DNA of 64,000 bases from Eledone cirrhosa (Eukaryota). The notes beneath the pieces are model-generated. The model saw only the letters and a program-made list of their open reading frames with translations, made no database searches and had not been told where the DNA came from. The stretch is taken from contig OZ024743.1 of NCBI GenBank assembly GCA_964016885.1, positions 33,604,001-33,668,000 on the forward strand. Reading direction: 5' to 3'. The position numbers and the translations under genes are program-made. This document shows, one piece after another, positions 40,182 through 52,251 of the stretch (positions are counted from its first letter, which is position 1; each line of letters begins with the position of its first letter).

Positions 40182-42562
40182 AATATAATTCAATATACTC
40201 ATTCACTGCTGATGTGTGAAAGGTCATCATTATTGTTTTGATTTTTCATGTAAGGAAAACTTAAACAATTTCTGGAAGGGTATTTATTACATAAGATGCT
40301 GTCTGATGATGTAGCGTGACTGGTTGGATCATCAAATCACCATGTAGCCATGAGCACCATTATTTATCACAGCTATATTAATAAAGGAATCCTCTCTCTC
40401 TCTCTCAAGTGCTGAGACCAGCAAGATCACAAATCAGGGGAGTGCTACATGCATAGGGAGAAGCAGAGTGGTTTATATATATATAGTGTATGTGTCCCAT
40501 GTCTACATCTGTATTTATGTTCCATAACTTAGCAGCTCATTAAAAAGAGATTGATAATGTAAGTTGAAAAAATAAATATTGGGTTCAATATGATCAACTA
40601 AATCAAGATGGTGTTCCAGTATAGGTGTAGTTTAATGACTGAAATTAATAAAAAAAGAAAATGATAACTGATATTGACTGAGCAGATAACTAATCAAAAT
40701 ATGATTTAAAGATAAACAACTGCTTTAGGAAAAGATAAAGACTGGTGATAAAGTATTTCCTCCAGAATAGTATGTTTATCTTTTGTTCCCAGAAGGAAAT
40801 GATACACATTGTATTTACAATTATTGTAATGGAAGAATGAACTGGTACACAAATATTTCATCAATTTGATGCTGTTGTATACAAAATAGTGTAGACACCA
40901 AATTATGATGGTGTAATAAAAACAATATAGAGCAGTAATCAAAATAACTTCTACTGAGACATAAGTGTATTAAATTCACCGTTTTTTCTTTGCTCTTTTG
41001 TTAGGTATGAACAGACAGCTCCCAGTAATCCCCTTACTTTGCTTACATTCCACAACAGCATCGAGAGTACTTTTGAACTTTTTTCACTGACCAATCATTG
41101 TCCGAGCCTTAAACACACTGGAAATTGATGGAGCTTGCTACAAAGTTTATATTCGGACTATTTTTCCCCTATTCAGTTTTAGGCATATCATGCAACATCA
41201 GAGTCTGTGTTAAATGTTTTTAACAAGTTTTATTAGTACCCTCGATGCTGTCACAGACTGTTAAACAAAAAATTCACTTTTGCATTTATAATTGATATGC
41301 TGTGGAATGGAGAAAGATGATTTAGATCAGGGATCTCCAAACCTTTTAGACTTTTGTCCCCTTCTTGGAATATTTATGCCACCCACCCCTTAAGTGACTG
41401 CAGACATGTACAAAAAGAAATAAGCATATAAATAAATCAGTAAACAGAATATGAAATAAATAGAAAATAAAGACTAATTTTATAGAAACCTTTATAAGTA
41501 AGTTGTATTCTATTGTAGTATTTTCTGTAGGTTTTGGTCCCAAAGTTCAGTCACGTCATTGGATAGACCAATCAACTTCTGAAGGTCAATAATGATTTAT
41601 TTGTGGACACCTGATTTAAATGGCTGAAATAAAACTTCAATTCTGTAGAAACCTCAAGAGGTTGAATCAGAAGAAAGCATTAGAGCAAAAGCTGGCTGAA
41701 ATAGTAAACATCAGACATATCATTATTTTAGTTGATATGTTGCCCTTTAAAACAGTATACCTTGTGGACTGCTTCAATTACCTTATTATTTTATATGAAT
41801 AATTATCGTTAAGTTCAAATTAGAGTTCTGAGTATTGATTATAGACGGTCTATATAACTTTATAGGACCAGTTATATAGAAATAATGGAGTGTTTTCACT
41901 TGATGATAATCATTCTTTACTATTATTAGTTGTGTGATTTTTGATTTTAAATCACCATCATCATCGTTTAATGTCTATTTTCTATGCTAGCATGTGTTAT
42001 ACTAGTTGTCCCATTTGAGGCAAGTTGGGTCAGGTGACAGTGTCTTACTCACATAGAACTGTTTCTGGCTAGGTTTTTATAGCTGGATGCTTTTCCTGAC
42101 GCCAACCACATTTTAATGAATGGTATAACTACTGCCTTTCTATAGAGTGAGTTATGTGAAAAAGTAAACAACATTTTTCAGCATTATCAACACTATTCTT
42201 GATACATTTCTATATGGCTGTTTTAAAACCACAAAAGGTTTATTATTACATTTTAACCTTGTGAATGGCACTTTTCTTTGCATGCTACAGACTGCATGGC
42301 AGACAACCGATTTAGCATGTAACTCTTTCATAGTTGCTTGGTTGGCATATGAATGGGCCTTCAGCTTTGACAGTTGATTAAACAATATTCCCATATCTTT
42401 TTCACTAATAGTAGCAAGAGAGAGTAGATATAAACCAGTAAAAATCAAACAATAATGAACAATATGCTGCCGCTATCATTTTAAACTAATTCAATATTTA
42501 AATTCAATGCTATAAATCTGTTCTTGCTTTAATTAAATTAGGAATAATTCGTACAACAATGC

Positions 42563-42975
42563 AGTGGATTGGTAAAAATCATTAAAGCATCAGATAAAAT
42601 GTTTTGCAGCATTTAGTATTGGCATTTTACATTCTAATTTCAAATCCTAGTATAGTCAAATTTTGTTTTTTTATTCTTCCAAGGTTGATAAACTAAAATA
42701 CCAGTCAAGTACTGGTACTAGATTTAACCCTTTAGCATTTATATCACTCTTTATATACTATTTTATTTTACCTCACATAATTATCTCACATAGTATCAAA
42801 TCTATGAGATTTTGATATTATTTATTTTGAGAACAATATCTTAACATGAGTATGAGTGGCCAGTTATGGCCGATTTGAACAGAAAAGGTGAGAGAGTTCT
42901 GGCCAGATATGGCTGGTTTAAATGCTAAAGGGTTAATTGACTTTCCTCACCCTAAATGTCTGGTCATGTGCAGTT
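42563..42975 (+). mobile_element. Degenerate S1 SINE split by a family A MITE (42724-42936)
   Basis: MITE with TIRs TTAACCCTTTAGCATTTA / TAAATGCTAAAGGGTTAA at the SINE's GATTTAA site. Confidence 0.78.
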
Positions 42976-44070
42976 ACACTCCAATACAAAAGCATATACA
43001 GCAGATAATAGATTTCCAAATTCCCAAGAATATTCAATCATTTTGTTGCTTTTCTTCTAGCTGGTAACACTCAGATGACCTCATGCTATTCACAATATAT
43101 GACAAACTAGTTCTTTTCTGTAAGGAAATGTAACAAATACAAAACACTTCTACTCAGGATCAGATCATATTGACAGCTGTTGATAGTAGGTCACTCTCAG
43201 TGTTTGTGAGATAACACATTTTGATCATATTTGGCAAAGCAATTTCACTGCAGCTTTCCGTGTTTCTCTGATATTATTTCATTACACAGCACAATGGTAT
43301 TGTAAAACTAGATTCTCATTGTATAAGCTCCTAAATATGCATCTTACAGAGACAATAAATTGTTGTATTGCGAAGGAAATCAACCACATGGGAAATATCT
43401 TATGAATATGTTAACCTATTGTACTGTTCCAGAAACATTAAATTTGAAAATTATATAACACTCTTTCAGCATATGTGTACATTAAATGATTCTATATATT
43501 AAAAAAGTATTTCTAGCCAGTTTCTAAAGCAATTTCGGATTATAATCCTTTGAGAGAATATGTAGGGTTAACAACTGAATGATTTTGATATCAGCTTAAG
43601 AGCATAACTAGGGACATTTTCTTGTATAAACGTAACTCTTTTGTCAGCATATTTCTAATGAAAGACACTACTTAAATGCTTCAATCAATTTTGAAACTAA
43701 TAAAAAATTTGGCAGAATTTAATAAAATAAATTTTTTTTTTTGTGTTATTAAGCATGTGTGGAGCATAACCCTAAGAAAACATACTCACCTAAAATTACG
43801 ATGAAGGGATATAATATAAGTTTGAACACATTAAAAGGAGTAGTTTTGTATCATAGAATCAGTAGTAGTTTCAGGCAGGCTGGTATCAACAGGCTTAATT
43901 CATTTGTATACAATAGATGGTTTATTCTGACTATTGACAAACACCTAAACAAACTGACTGAAATAATGTTTTAACTGCCCAGGAGCTGATGACATCCAAC
44001 TAGGTCAAAATCAAGATATGTCAGTTGTGAAACTTATTGCTGGATTAACCACAACAAAATAAGCACATGC

Positions 44071-44290
44071 TTAACCCTTTAGCATTTACATTACTCTATA
44101 TCATATTTACTATTATATTTTCACGGTAAAGGCTTTATCTCACTTAATATAGAAACTATGAGATTTCGATATTTTTTTTTTGAGAACAATACTTTAACAT
44201 CAGTATGAGTGGCTAGTTACGGCCGGTTTGAACAGAAAACAATGAGAGAATTCTGCCCAGATATGTCCAGTTTAAAAGCTAAAGGGTTAA
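44071..44290 (-). mobile_element. piggyBac-like MITE family A
   Basis: TTAACCCTTTAGC...GCTAAAGGGTTAA. Confidence 0.85.
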
Positions 44291-45270
44291 GGCATCAAAG
44301 GAAAAGGGGCACAATTTTAATAAATGTATTTTCATCCTCCATTTCATCTCCTGCTCTAATGCTTCTCCAACCATTTTGACATATACCCCATTTGCTATAA
44401 CAAACCATAAACAAATTAAGACTCAATCCCACTCTAGTTAGACTGAAGAGTAAAAATACCTTATTTTATAGAATAAATGAATTATGGTTTGAATATTCTA
44501 ATACAAATGATAGCAGAATTAATTATTTGTATGTAGGAAAGACGTGACAGAGTGTCTGTTGTAAACACTAAATCCCTCCCCCATGAAGAATGCACCTCCC
44601 AATATAGCCTCATAGTTAGCGACCTCATAGTCAGGACGAGACGTACTCGACAACAGAGGAGGACTATCCCCAGGAGAAAAATATGGAAGTTAAAGGACCC
44701 CACAGCCAGTAATAAATTTAAAAGCATATTACTTGATGCTTTGACAGTAAGGAAGAGTAATTAGAGTCGTACAATATAGAGGAACATTGGGAATTCCTGA
44801 AAGCTAACTTGCTGAAGGCGACAATTGAAATCTGTGGCTGGAGCAGACCTATAGGCAGGAGGAGAGTAACTTGGTGGTGGAACAGTAAGGTGGAAGAGAC
44901 AATCAAGGCAAAAAAGCAGGCTTGGAAAGTATGGTGGGATGGGGGAAATAGAGAACACTATCGAGTAGCCAGGAGGGAAGCTAGGAGACAAATGTATTTT
45001 GCAAGAAGAGAAGCAGAGGAAAGAAAGTTCAAGCATGTTCTACAACAAGAGGACCAAAAACGTGAGGTGTTCAGGATTGCTAGGCAATGTGTCAAGGAAA
45101 ACCGTGATATTGTCGGGGAGAAGTGTGTCCGTAATGATGATGGTGTACTTGCCATCACTGACGCTGATAAGAAGGTAGCTTGGAAGTGTCACTACGAAAG
45201 GTTACTAAATGAGGAGAATAAATGAGAGAAAGACAGTCTTCCCCACATCGACCCAATAGAGGGACCAGCA

Positions 45271-46194
45271 GTGTTAGTCGAAGGTAGTATAATAAGTAAG
45301 GCAATCAAAGATATGAAGACGGGCAAGGCGGCTGGGCCTTCGGAAATAGTTGCTGAGATGCTGAAAGTATCTGGAACTATGGTCACCCAGATAGTAAACC
45401 AAGTCATACAGAATGGGGTTGTACCAAAGGACTGGCGTAGCAGCACCATCATTACCTACTACAAGGGTAAAGGAGATGCCCTAGATAGGGGAAACTGTAG
45501 AGGCATTAAATTAATCGACCAGGTCATGAAGGTCACAGAAAAAGTAATAGCGCAACTAATCAGAGAACGAATTGATCTAGACGAAATGCAGTTTGGGTTT
45601 GTGTCAGGTAAAAGTACCACAGACGCTCTTTTCATTGTACGACAACTACAGGAGAAGTACCTAGCTAAAAGTAAACCCCCATACTTAGCTTTCGTTGACT
45701 TGGAGAAAGCCTTTGACAGAGTCCCACGCCCCATTATCTGGTGGGCTCTCAGAAAACTAGGTGTTGAATGGCTTGTGAGAGCTATACAAGCCATGTATAA
45801 AGAAACAGTCAGCAAGGTTAGAATTAACAACGAATATAGTGAAGAGTTTAGCTTAAAAGTTGATGTTCATAAGGGCACCGTCCTTAGTCCCCTCCTATTC
45901 ATTATCATCCTCCAAGCTATAATGGAGGAGTTCAAGACCGGCTGCCCATGGGAACTTCTATACGCAGATGATCTAACGCTCATAGCCGAATCAATGGCTG
46001 AACTAGAGAAGAAATTCCAAACATGGAAGCATGGCCTAGAATCAAAAGGCCTTAAAATTAACTTGTCTAAGACTAAAGTTCTAATATGTAGGAAGGAGAA
46101 TAGGGCACTGGTCCCATCTGGGAAATGGCCATGCTCAGTGTGTAGGAAAGGAGTAGGCAGAAACTCCATTTTATGTCCCAAATGCAAAGTATGA
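45271..46194 (+). pseudogene. RTE reverse transcriptase core; premature stop within the PHD finger
   Basis: RT motifs; the TGG codon of copy 1 is TGA at 46192. Confidence 0.9.
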
Positions 46195-46274
46195 GTGCAT
46201 AAAAGATGTAGTAGGATTGCAGGTAAGCTAACTAAGAATATAGATTTTATATGTGGCCGGTGCTCAGGTGCAAT

Positions 46275-47085
46275 CTATCTATCTATCTAAGGCGGGTAAA
46301 ATTCCCGAGATCCATGGACGAGTTCTCTCCAGCGGTCTCTGTCCCCCATTATCGCTGCCATATCCTGCATCTCCAACAGACCAGTGTCTGTCCTTAGGGC
46401 ATCAACATATGTTAACCTTGGTCTTCCTCTTCTAGTGTGTCCATGTAGGGGCTCCCAAAGGAGCACTGAGTGCAATGTCAACTCTGGATGTCGGTGAGCA
46501 TGTCCAGCCAACCTCAGTCTCCTCTGTGTCACTTTTGAGCTGACTTTTGGGATGCTCCCATACAGCTCTGAGTTTTTCATCCTCAGTGTATACTGATTAA
46601 TGTTCAGAGCCATCCTCAGCATTCTCGTGTAGCACCCATCCACCATCTGAGTGAGTCTCTTGGTCAGTGTCCAAGTCTCAGACCCATACAGCAGCACAGA
46701 CTCCACTACAGCAATGAAGAGGCGGATTTTCAGGTCTCTACGAAGGTCCGACTTCCACACCGATCTCAAGCTGTGACACGCCGCCCAGGCCTTGCTCTTC
46801 CTCTCAACCACATCATCTTCCGTATTCCCAATCTTTGCTCCCAAATACAGGAAGTCCTCAACCAATTCCAGCGGCTTCCCGCCTACATTAGTGATCCCCT
46901 CTGGCTTCTCAACATTCTCTACCAGATATTTTGTTTTAGTCTCATTCATTCTCAGCCCCACACCCATCGACACAGACTCAACCTCCCGCATCAAATCCTC
47001 TGCCTCCTTCACTGTATTTGTCACCAAAACTATGTCGTCGGCAAACTCAGCATCCAATACCTTTTCCGCCCCAACTCTCCTGATA
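46275..47085 (-). mobile_element. 5'-truncated RTE-like LINE of a second family, with 11-bp TSD
   Basis: TCAGGTGCAAT at 46264-46274 and 47086-47096; FADD, FLYLG, LLYGSETW, RRLRLAGH, GRPRLT; (TAGA)n tail. Confidence 0.93.
46287..47085 (-). CDS. RT C-terminal region of the nested RTE-like element (open, 5'-truncated)
   Basis: Uninterrupted frame from VLDAEFADD to the stop; the first 28 or so residues of the tracked ORF are host-LINE antisense read-through. Confidence 0.82.
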
Positions 47086-47739
47086 TCAGGTGCAATAAGT
47101 AGCAGCAAATGCCCACAGAATACTAGCTCATTCCATTGCCCAGATGGTTCTATAGAAATAGTGGACACCTTCCCTTACCTGGGTGACAAAATCAGCAGTG
47201 GTCGAGGGTGCTCCGAAAGTACTGTAGCTAGAGTCAGAACGGGATGGAAAAAGTTCAGAGAGCTTATACCACTATTGGCCGCTAAAGGGTTCTCTCTAAA
47301 AATGAAAGGCAGGCTGTATGATGCCTGCATACGAACAGCAATGTTACATGGCAGTGAGACTTGGGCATTGTGTGCAGAGGATATACGCAGACAGGAGAGG
47401 AACGAAGCCTGCATGCTCCGTTGGATGTGTAATAGTAATATACGCGAACGGCAAAGCATAAATGAACTAAATGAGAAATTAGGAATAAGAGGGATCAGAT
47501 GCTGTTTACTCGAGAGAAGACTACGTTGGTATGGTCACGTGATGCGCATGAAAGACGACAGCTGTATAAAAAAGTGCAGGGCGATCAAAATAGACGGTAG
47601 CTACGGAGTAGGCAGACCCAGAAAAACCTGGGATGACTTGATACATTCCGACCTCACACACTTACACCTCTCCAAGACAATGTCACTGGACCGATATCTT
47701 TGGCGCTACGCAGTAATACAGAAGACCCACCTTGCCTAA
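47086..47739 (+). pseudogene. C-terminal part of the RTE copy 2 ORF
   Basis: Continues SGAISSS...RRLRWYGHV in register with copy 1. Confidence 0.88.
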
Positions 47740-49766
47740 GTACAAAGCGAAACCTACAGTCAGTAGGTACCTCTTAACCAAAATACATCCGCCGTCCCAC
47801 CGCTATCTACACCACCCCTTTTGATGTAAAGTTATGTTGGTACCACAATATCCAGTCCTAAATAAATGAGGTCGTGTAGGTGTCACAACAAAAAAAACAC
47901 ACAGTCCACGCTGTAATGTGGCTGTGTAGGTAACACAGTAAAAACCTCCCAGTCCACACTGTAAACGTGGTTGGTGTTAGGAAGGGCATCCAGCCGTAGA
48001 AAACTCACCAGACAGTCCCGAGCAAGACAACGAATCTTGTCTCAAGTGGGACAATTCCCGTCCAGACCCATGCTAGCGTGGAAGATGGACGTTAAACGAT
48101 GATGATGATGAAAGAATGGTTTGAAAGTTATTAGATCTATAGTTTTAAAAATGGTTGATATAGATAGAGCAAGAATATATTTACAATGATAATTTTCATC
48201 ACTTAGTCAGGAGGGAGGGAAGTGCCCATGTTCCCTTTCAGAGCTTGTGAGATTGATGCAAGAGAGGGAAGAAGGTTACTTCAAACCAGAAACCAGGCTT
48301 GGATGCTTGCCACAGAGTAGACTCTACTAAAGACACCCAAGGGCCATGTGGTGGTGTTAAACCAGCTACAGATTATGTTTACCTCCCATGTTGACCATGT
48401 TGAAATTCAATCTCAGAACACAAACAACCAAAATACATTCTACAAGGTGTCACATTTGCTACTGTAATATTTCAGCCTGTCCACCATCCCTAGAGTAGTA
48501 TTTTATGTCATTGATCTCTGAAAGACAAAGTTGACCTCTGTGAGATATGAAATCAGATTGCAAGGAGCTGGGATCATCACTGCAAGACATTTCGTCTCAA
48601 GCTCTAATGATTCTGTCAGCCATTTTGACCTTTACCTCACATGCCATAACTAACCATAAACAACAAATATTCACGTTCATATGCACTTACACATCTCTCC
48701 TACATACACAGTGCACATACATACACAATTACATGCACACACACACACATGATAATTTTGCACAAGTAGAGAGCTGTAGTCAGATATGAAATCAAATTGT
48801 AAGGAGCTGGAATCAGCTCTGCAAGACATTTCATCTCATGCTCTAATGATTCTGCTGACCAATTTGACATATACCTCATTTGCTATAACGAACCATAAAC
48901 AAATTAAATTGTATATTGAATCTGTAATTTTATCAATAAAAATACATCCCATCCTTTCCTTAGGTTGTCTAATGGACATCCTACTGATTCCACACATCAC
49001 TTCCATCCACTACAGTCATTTGTTCTTATAAACTTGGTATTTGCTAATAGGTTCAGCTAAAATGAAGTTATCATATAATGTCATGAGCTAGTAGCAACTA
49101 TTAACTAACTAAAACACTCACCTTCACACTAGTAGTTGAGGTTCAGTCAATTAACTTTGTGTAATTGTTACTATATAAACACAAACATGTCATTGTGGAT
49201 ATATTGATACACACAGTGTAAGAAAGTAAAACATTTTATGCACTGCAGTTCAGACAACAACATTTCAGCTAAACTAAAAACTGGAAAATATGTTTATTCA
49301 CTCCTCATCTTGACTTCAATATAGTTTGATGTAATTGCAACAATAATGTTATGCAACTTTCAATAATACAATTTTATCAAGTGCCATTTGATGTTAATAA
49401 TATTCATTTTACAACATGACTTGTTGTTAATAGAAATTAATGGCTTACATTTGCAAAACAAGAGGTTATCTAGGGTGAAAATGGAAATATATTCAGCTTC
49501 CTAAATTAACCAAATTATCAAACAGCTCTTCTCTGTTGATAAATTAAAACATAACATGCAAGAGGGCAATGCAACCATGTTAGCATATCTAAATCTGCTT
49601 ATCTTGTCTTCTGCCTTTTAGAGTATGAAGAAACGTTTTTCTCAGTAATATCTTCAACGTATTTTTCTAGTTATATGTTTACAAGTTATTAAACATATCA
49701 ACTTTTAAAATGTCTTCAAATTTATTGTTTTAATAATTCTACTTTTAATAAATATTGAGTTTTGTT

Positions 49767-50011
49767 TAACTCATTTCTGGCCATATTTCTCATGAAATAC
49801 AATATATTCGAATTAATTAATGAAAGATTTTGGAGGGATTTACTAAATTCATTATTTTATTATTAAGATGTTATCTGTAACATAACTTTAAAAAGATGCT
49901 TTTATAAAATTATATTGGAAGTATTAAATTAAATAGGAACTCTCTAATATTGGTGGTTTTATTTCTTAGAACCAAAGGCAGTTTTGGGTGAGCTGATTTC
50001 AGAAGGGTTAA
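49767..50011 (+). mobile_element. piggyBac-like MITE family B, degenerate
   Basis: Ends CAGAAGGGTTAA; internal similarity to other B copies. Confidence 0.6.
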
Positions 50012-50225
50012 TATATTTCTGCACAGTTAACAGCAATATTTCTTTAAAAGTCTTTCTAAATTATGATAATCTTTTTAAAGTGGTCTGCAATAGAAAGGGC
50101 ATCCAACCATAGAAACCATGCCAAAATGGAATATATAAGTGAGTAACTCCAAATAAACTGCGATGACCCATCCAACCCAAGCCAACATAGAAGGCGAGTG
50201 TAAAATAATGATGATATATTATTTT

Positions 50226-50447
50226 TTAACCCTTTAGCATTCAAACCGGCAATATCTGGCCAGAATTCTATCACTTCTTTCTGTTAAAACTGGTCATAAC
50301 TGACCCCTCATACTGATGTTAAGGTATTGTTCTTAAAATAAATATCAAAATCTCAGATTTGATACTATATGAGATAATTATGTAAAATAAAGCCTTTTCC
50401 ACGAAAATACAATAGTAAATATAGAGTAATGTAAATGCTAAAGGTTA
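50226..50447 (+). mobile_element. piggyBac-like MITE family A
   Basis: TTAACCCTTTAGCATT...AATGCTAAAGGTTA. Confidence 0.82.
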
Positions 50448-50671
50448 TGGGATATAAACAAACAGCACCAATTGTTAACTGGTGTCAGTGTAAACAGAAA
50501 TCAACAGATATACAGAGACATATCTACAATGTATTTCTGCATAGTGCCTCGCAAAGTTTACTCACAATTCAAGGTCATATATAGTAAAGGACACTTAACC
50601 CAAGCGGAAATGAACTTGAAACAACATTGCTGCAAAGTAAAGTTCTTCCTCACGTTTGTGTGTGTGTGTGT

Positions 50672-51041
50672 ATCATCATCATCATTTTACATCCGCTTTT
50701 CCCTGCTTGCAAGGGTGGGACTGGAACTGATTCTGGCTTGATTTCTACAGCTGAATGCCCTTCCTAACACCAACCTCATTTACAGTGAGTGCTGGGTGCT
50801 TTTTTTCCGTGGCGCCTACATGTCCACTTTACAGTGTGGGCTGGGTGCTTTTTTGCCATGGCACCTCCACGACCACTTTGCAGTGGAATGATAGGGACTC
50901 CAGTCCTATCATCTCATTTCTACAGCTGAGTAAACTGGAGCAACGTGAACTAAAGTGTCTTGCTCAAGGAAACAACACATCACCCGGTCTGAGAATTGAA
51001 CTCACAACCTTTCGATTGCAAGCCCACTAAGCCATGCGCCT
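50672..51041 (-). mobile_element. tRNA/CORE-like SINE family S2 with RTE-derived 3' tail
   Basis: Minus strand GGCGCATGGCTTAGTGG, GAGTTCAATTCTC, CCTTGAGCAAGACACTT, RTE 3' UTR similarity, (ATG)n. Confidence 0.82.
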
Positions 51042-51050
51042 ATATATATA

Positions 51051-51256
51051 TAATGAAGGAAGTGTGGTAAGGAACCAGGCGGACCATAACGCACCAGAGT
51101 ACTCGATACTTTGGGTAGTAGCGTGGGTAATAGGAAAATAGTCAGAACCCCGACGGCAGAGCTCAAGCCGTTTTGACAGCTATTTCTGGAATAGCTGACG
51201 AAATAGCTGTCGAAACGGCTTGACCTCTGCCGTCGGGGTTCTGACTATTTTCCTAT
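51051..51256 (-). mobile_element. Asymmetric fold-back element P3
   Basis: 57-bp arms 51130-51186 / 51200-51256, about 80-bp left extension, (TA)n on both sides; homologous to P4. Confidence 0.65.
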
Positions 51257-52251
51257 ATAATATATATATATGTGTGTGTTAGGAAGGGCATCCAAGTTGG
51301 TGTTAGGAAGGCATTCAGCTGTAGAAATCAAGCCAGAATCAGTTCCAGTATGAGCAAGACAAGGTCAGACAACTGCACACTGCCCACAACAGGACAACCC
51401 GTCTAACCCATGCTAGCGTGGAAGAATGGACGTAAAACAGTGATGATGAGGATGATATATTAAAATAAAGTGCGTGTGTGTGTATATATATATATAACTA
51501 TGGTTGAAAAAAACATAATTATGAAAAATATTTTAAAATACTCATCTAATTTCATGTCTAGACTTTAATCGACTGAACAAGAATTGTTTACAAAACAAAC
51601 TTCTCTCTTACCTTAATACGGGTTGTTACACAGATGATGATGATGAAGTATTAATGTACAATAGTCAGCATTCAGTATTAAATTGATTGCACAAAAATTT
51701 TACTTTTGGGACAATATGTAGATATTTTTCAAATTGTTTATGTTTTAAAACTACCATTATTACCATCAATATCACTAGTACCACCAGTGTAGTTAAATAA
51801 CTCTATTTTGACTGCACACATCACCTCAGGAAAATATATTGTATCATATTTTGTGTTGGCAAAAGGTCAATACTAAGGATATTTGTCAATATTGTGAAGA
51901 GTCGTTTTTATAATACCAGCTTGCTGTCGGAAACTAACAAAAGTAACAGAATTGAGAGAAAAACCAGTTATTCGATCTTTTATATCATCCAACAAATAAT
52001 ATCAGCATTTCTTGTACAAAACAGTTTCCGGTAACTATTAAAACAATGTAAATCAAATATGTTTGGATGACTTCCAAACTATAATTTATTTGTTTATCTC
52101 TTGAAAAAATCTTGATTTGAAATTTAGAAAAAATCTGCTATAATAAGAATGGTATGTGTGTATGTGTACTTTGTTTTAAAAACCTTAATTAAATATTCCT
52201 AGTTATTTAGTGATTTATTTAAAATTTATGTAAAATTTCAGCCGTGGGAAG

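Larger units (their letters stand above)
44530..48111 (+). mobile_element. 5'-truncated RTE-clade LINE (copy 2), with stops and frameshifts, split by a nested element
   Basis: End of the endonuclease (ECTSQYSLIVSDL), linker (TWWWN), RT (KAAGPS, QFGF, FVDLEKAFDRV, YADD), C-terminus, 3' UTR, (GAT)n tail. Confidence 0.93.

Noticed and set aside
40990-41600. CCAAT boxes and TCACGTCA suggesting a promoter or enhancer
   Set aside because: Short motifs expected by chance; no associated transcript evidence.
42152-42448. 98-aa minus-strand ORF
   Set aside because: No recognisable domain or convincing exon boundaries.
46792-47739. 315-aa ORF as a novel fusion gene
   Set aside because: Antisense of the nested element reading by chance into the host RTE C-terminus; no ATG start or promoter evidence.
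51196-51216. CTGACGA...GAAA at the P3 apex as a complete hammerhead
   Set aside because: Arises from a short duplication of AATAGCTG(T/A)CGAA; the intervening bases cannot form stem II.
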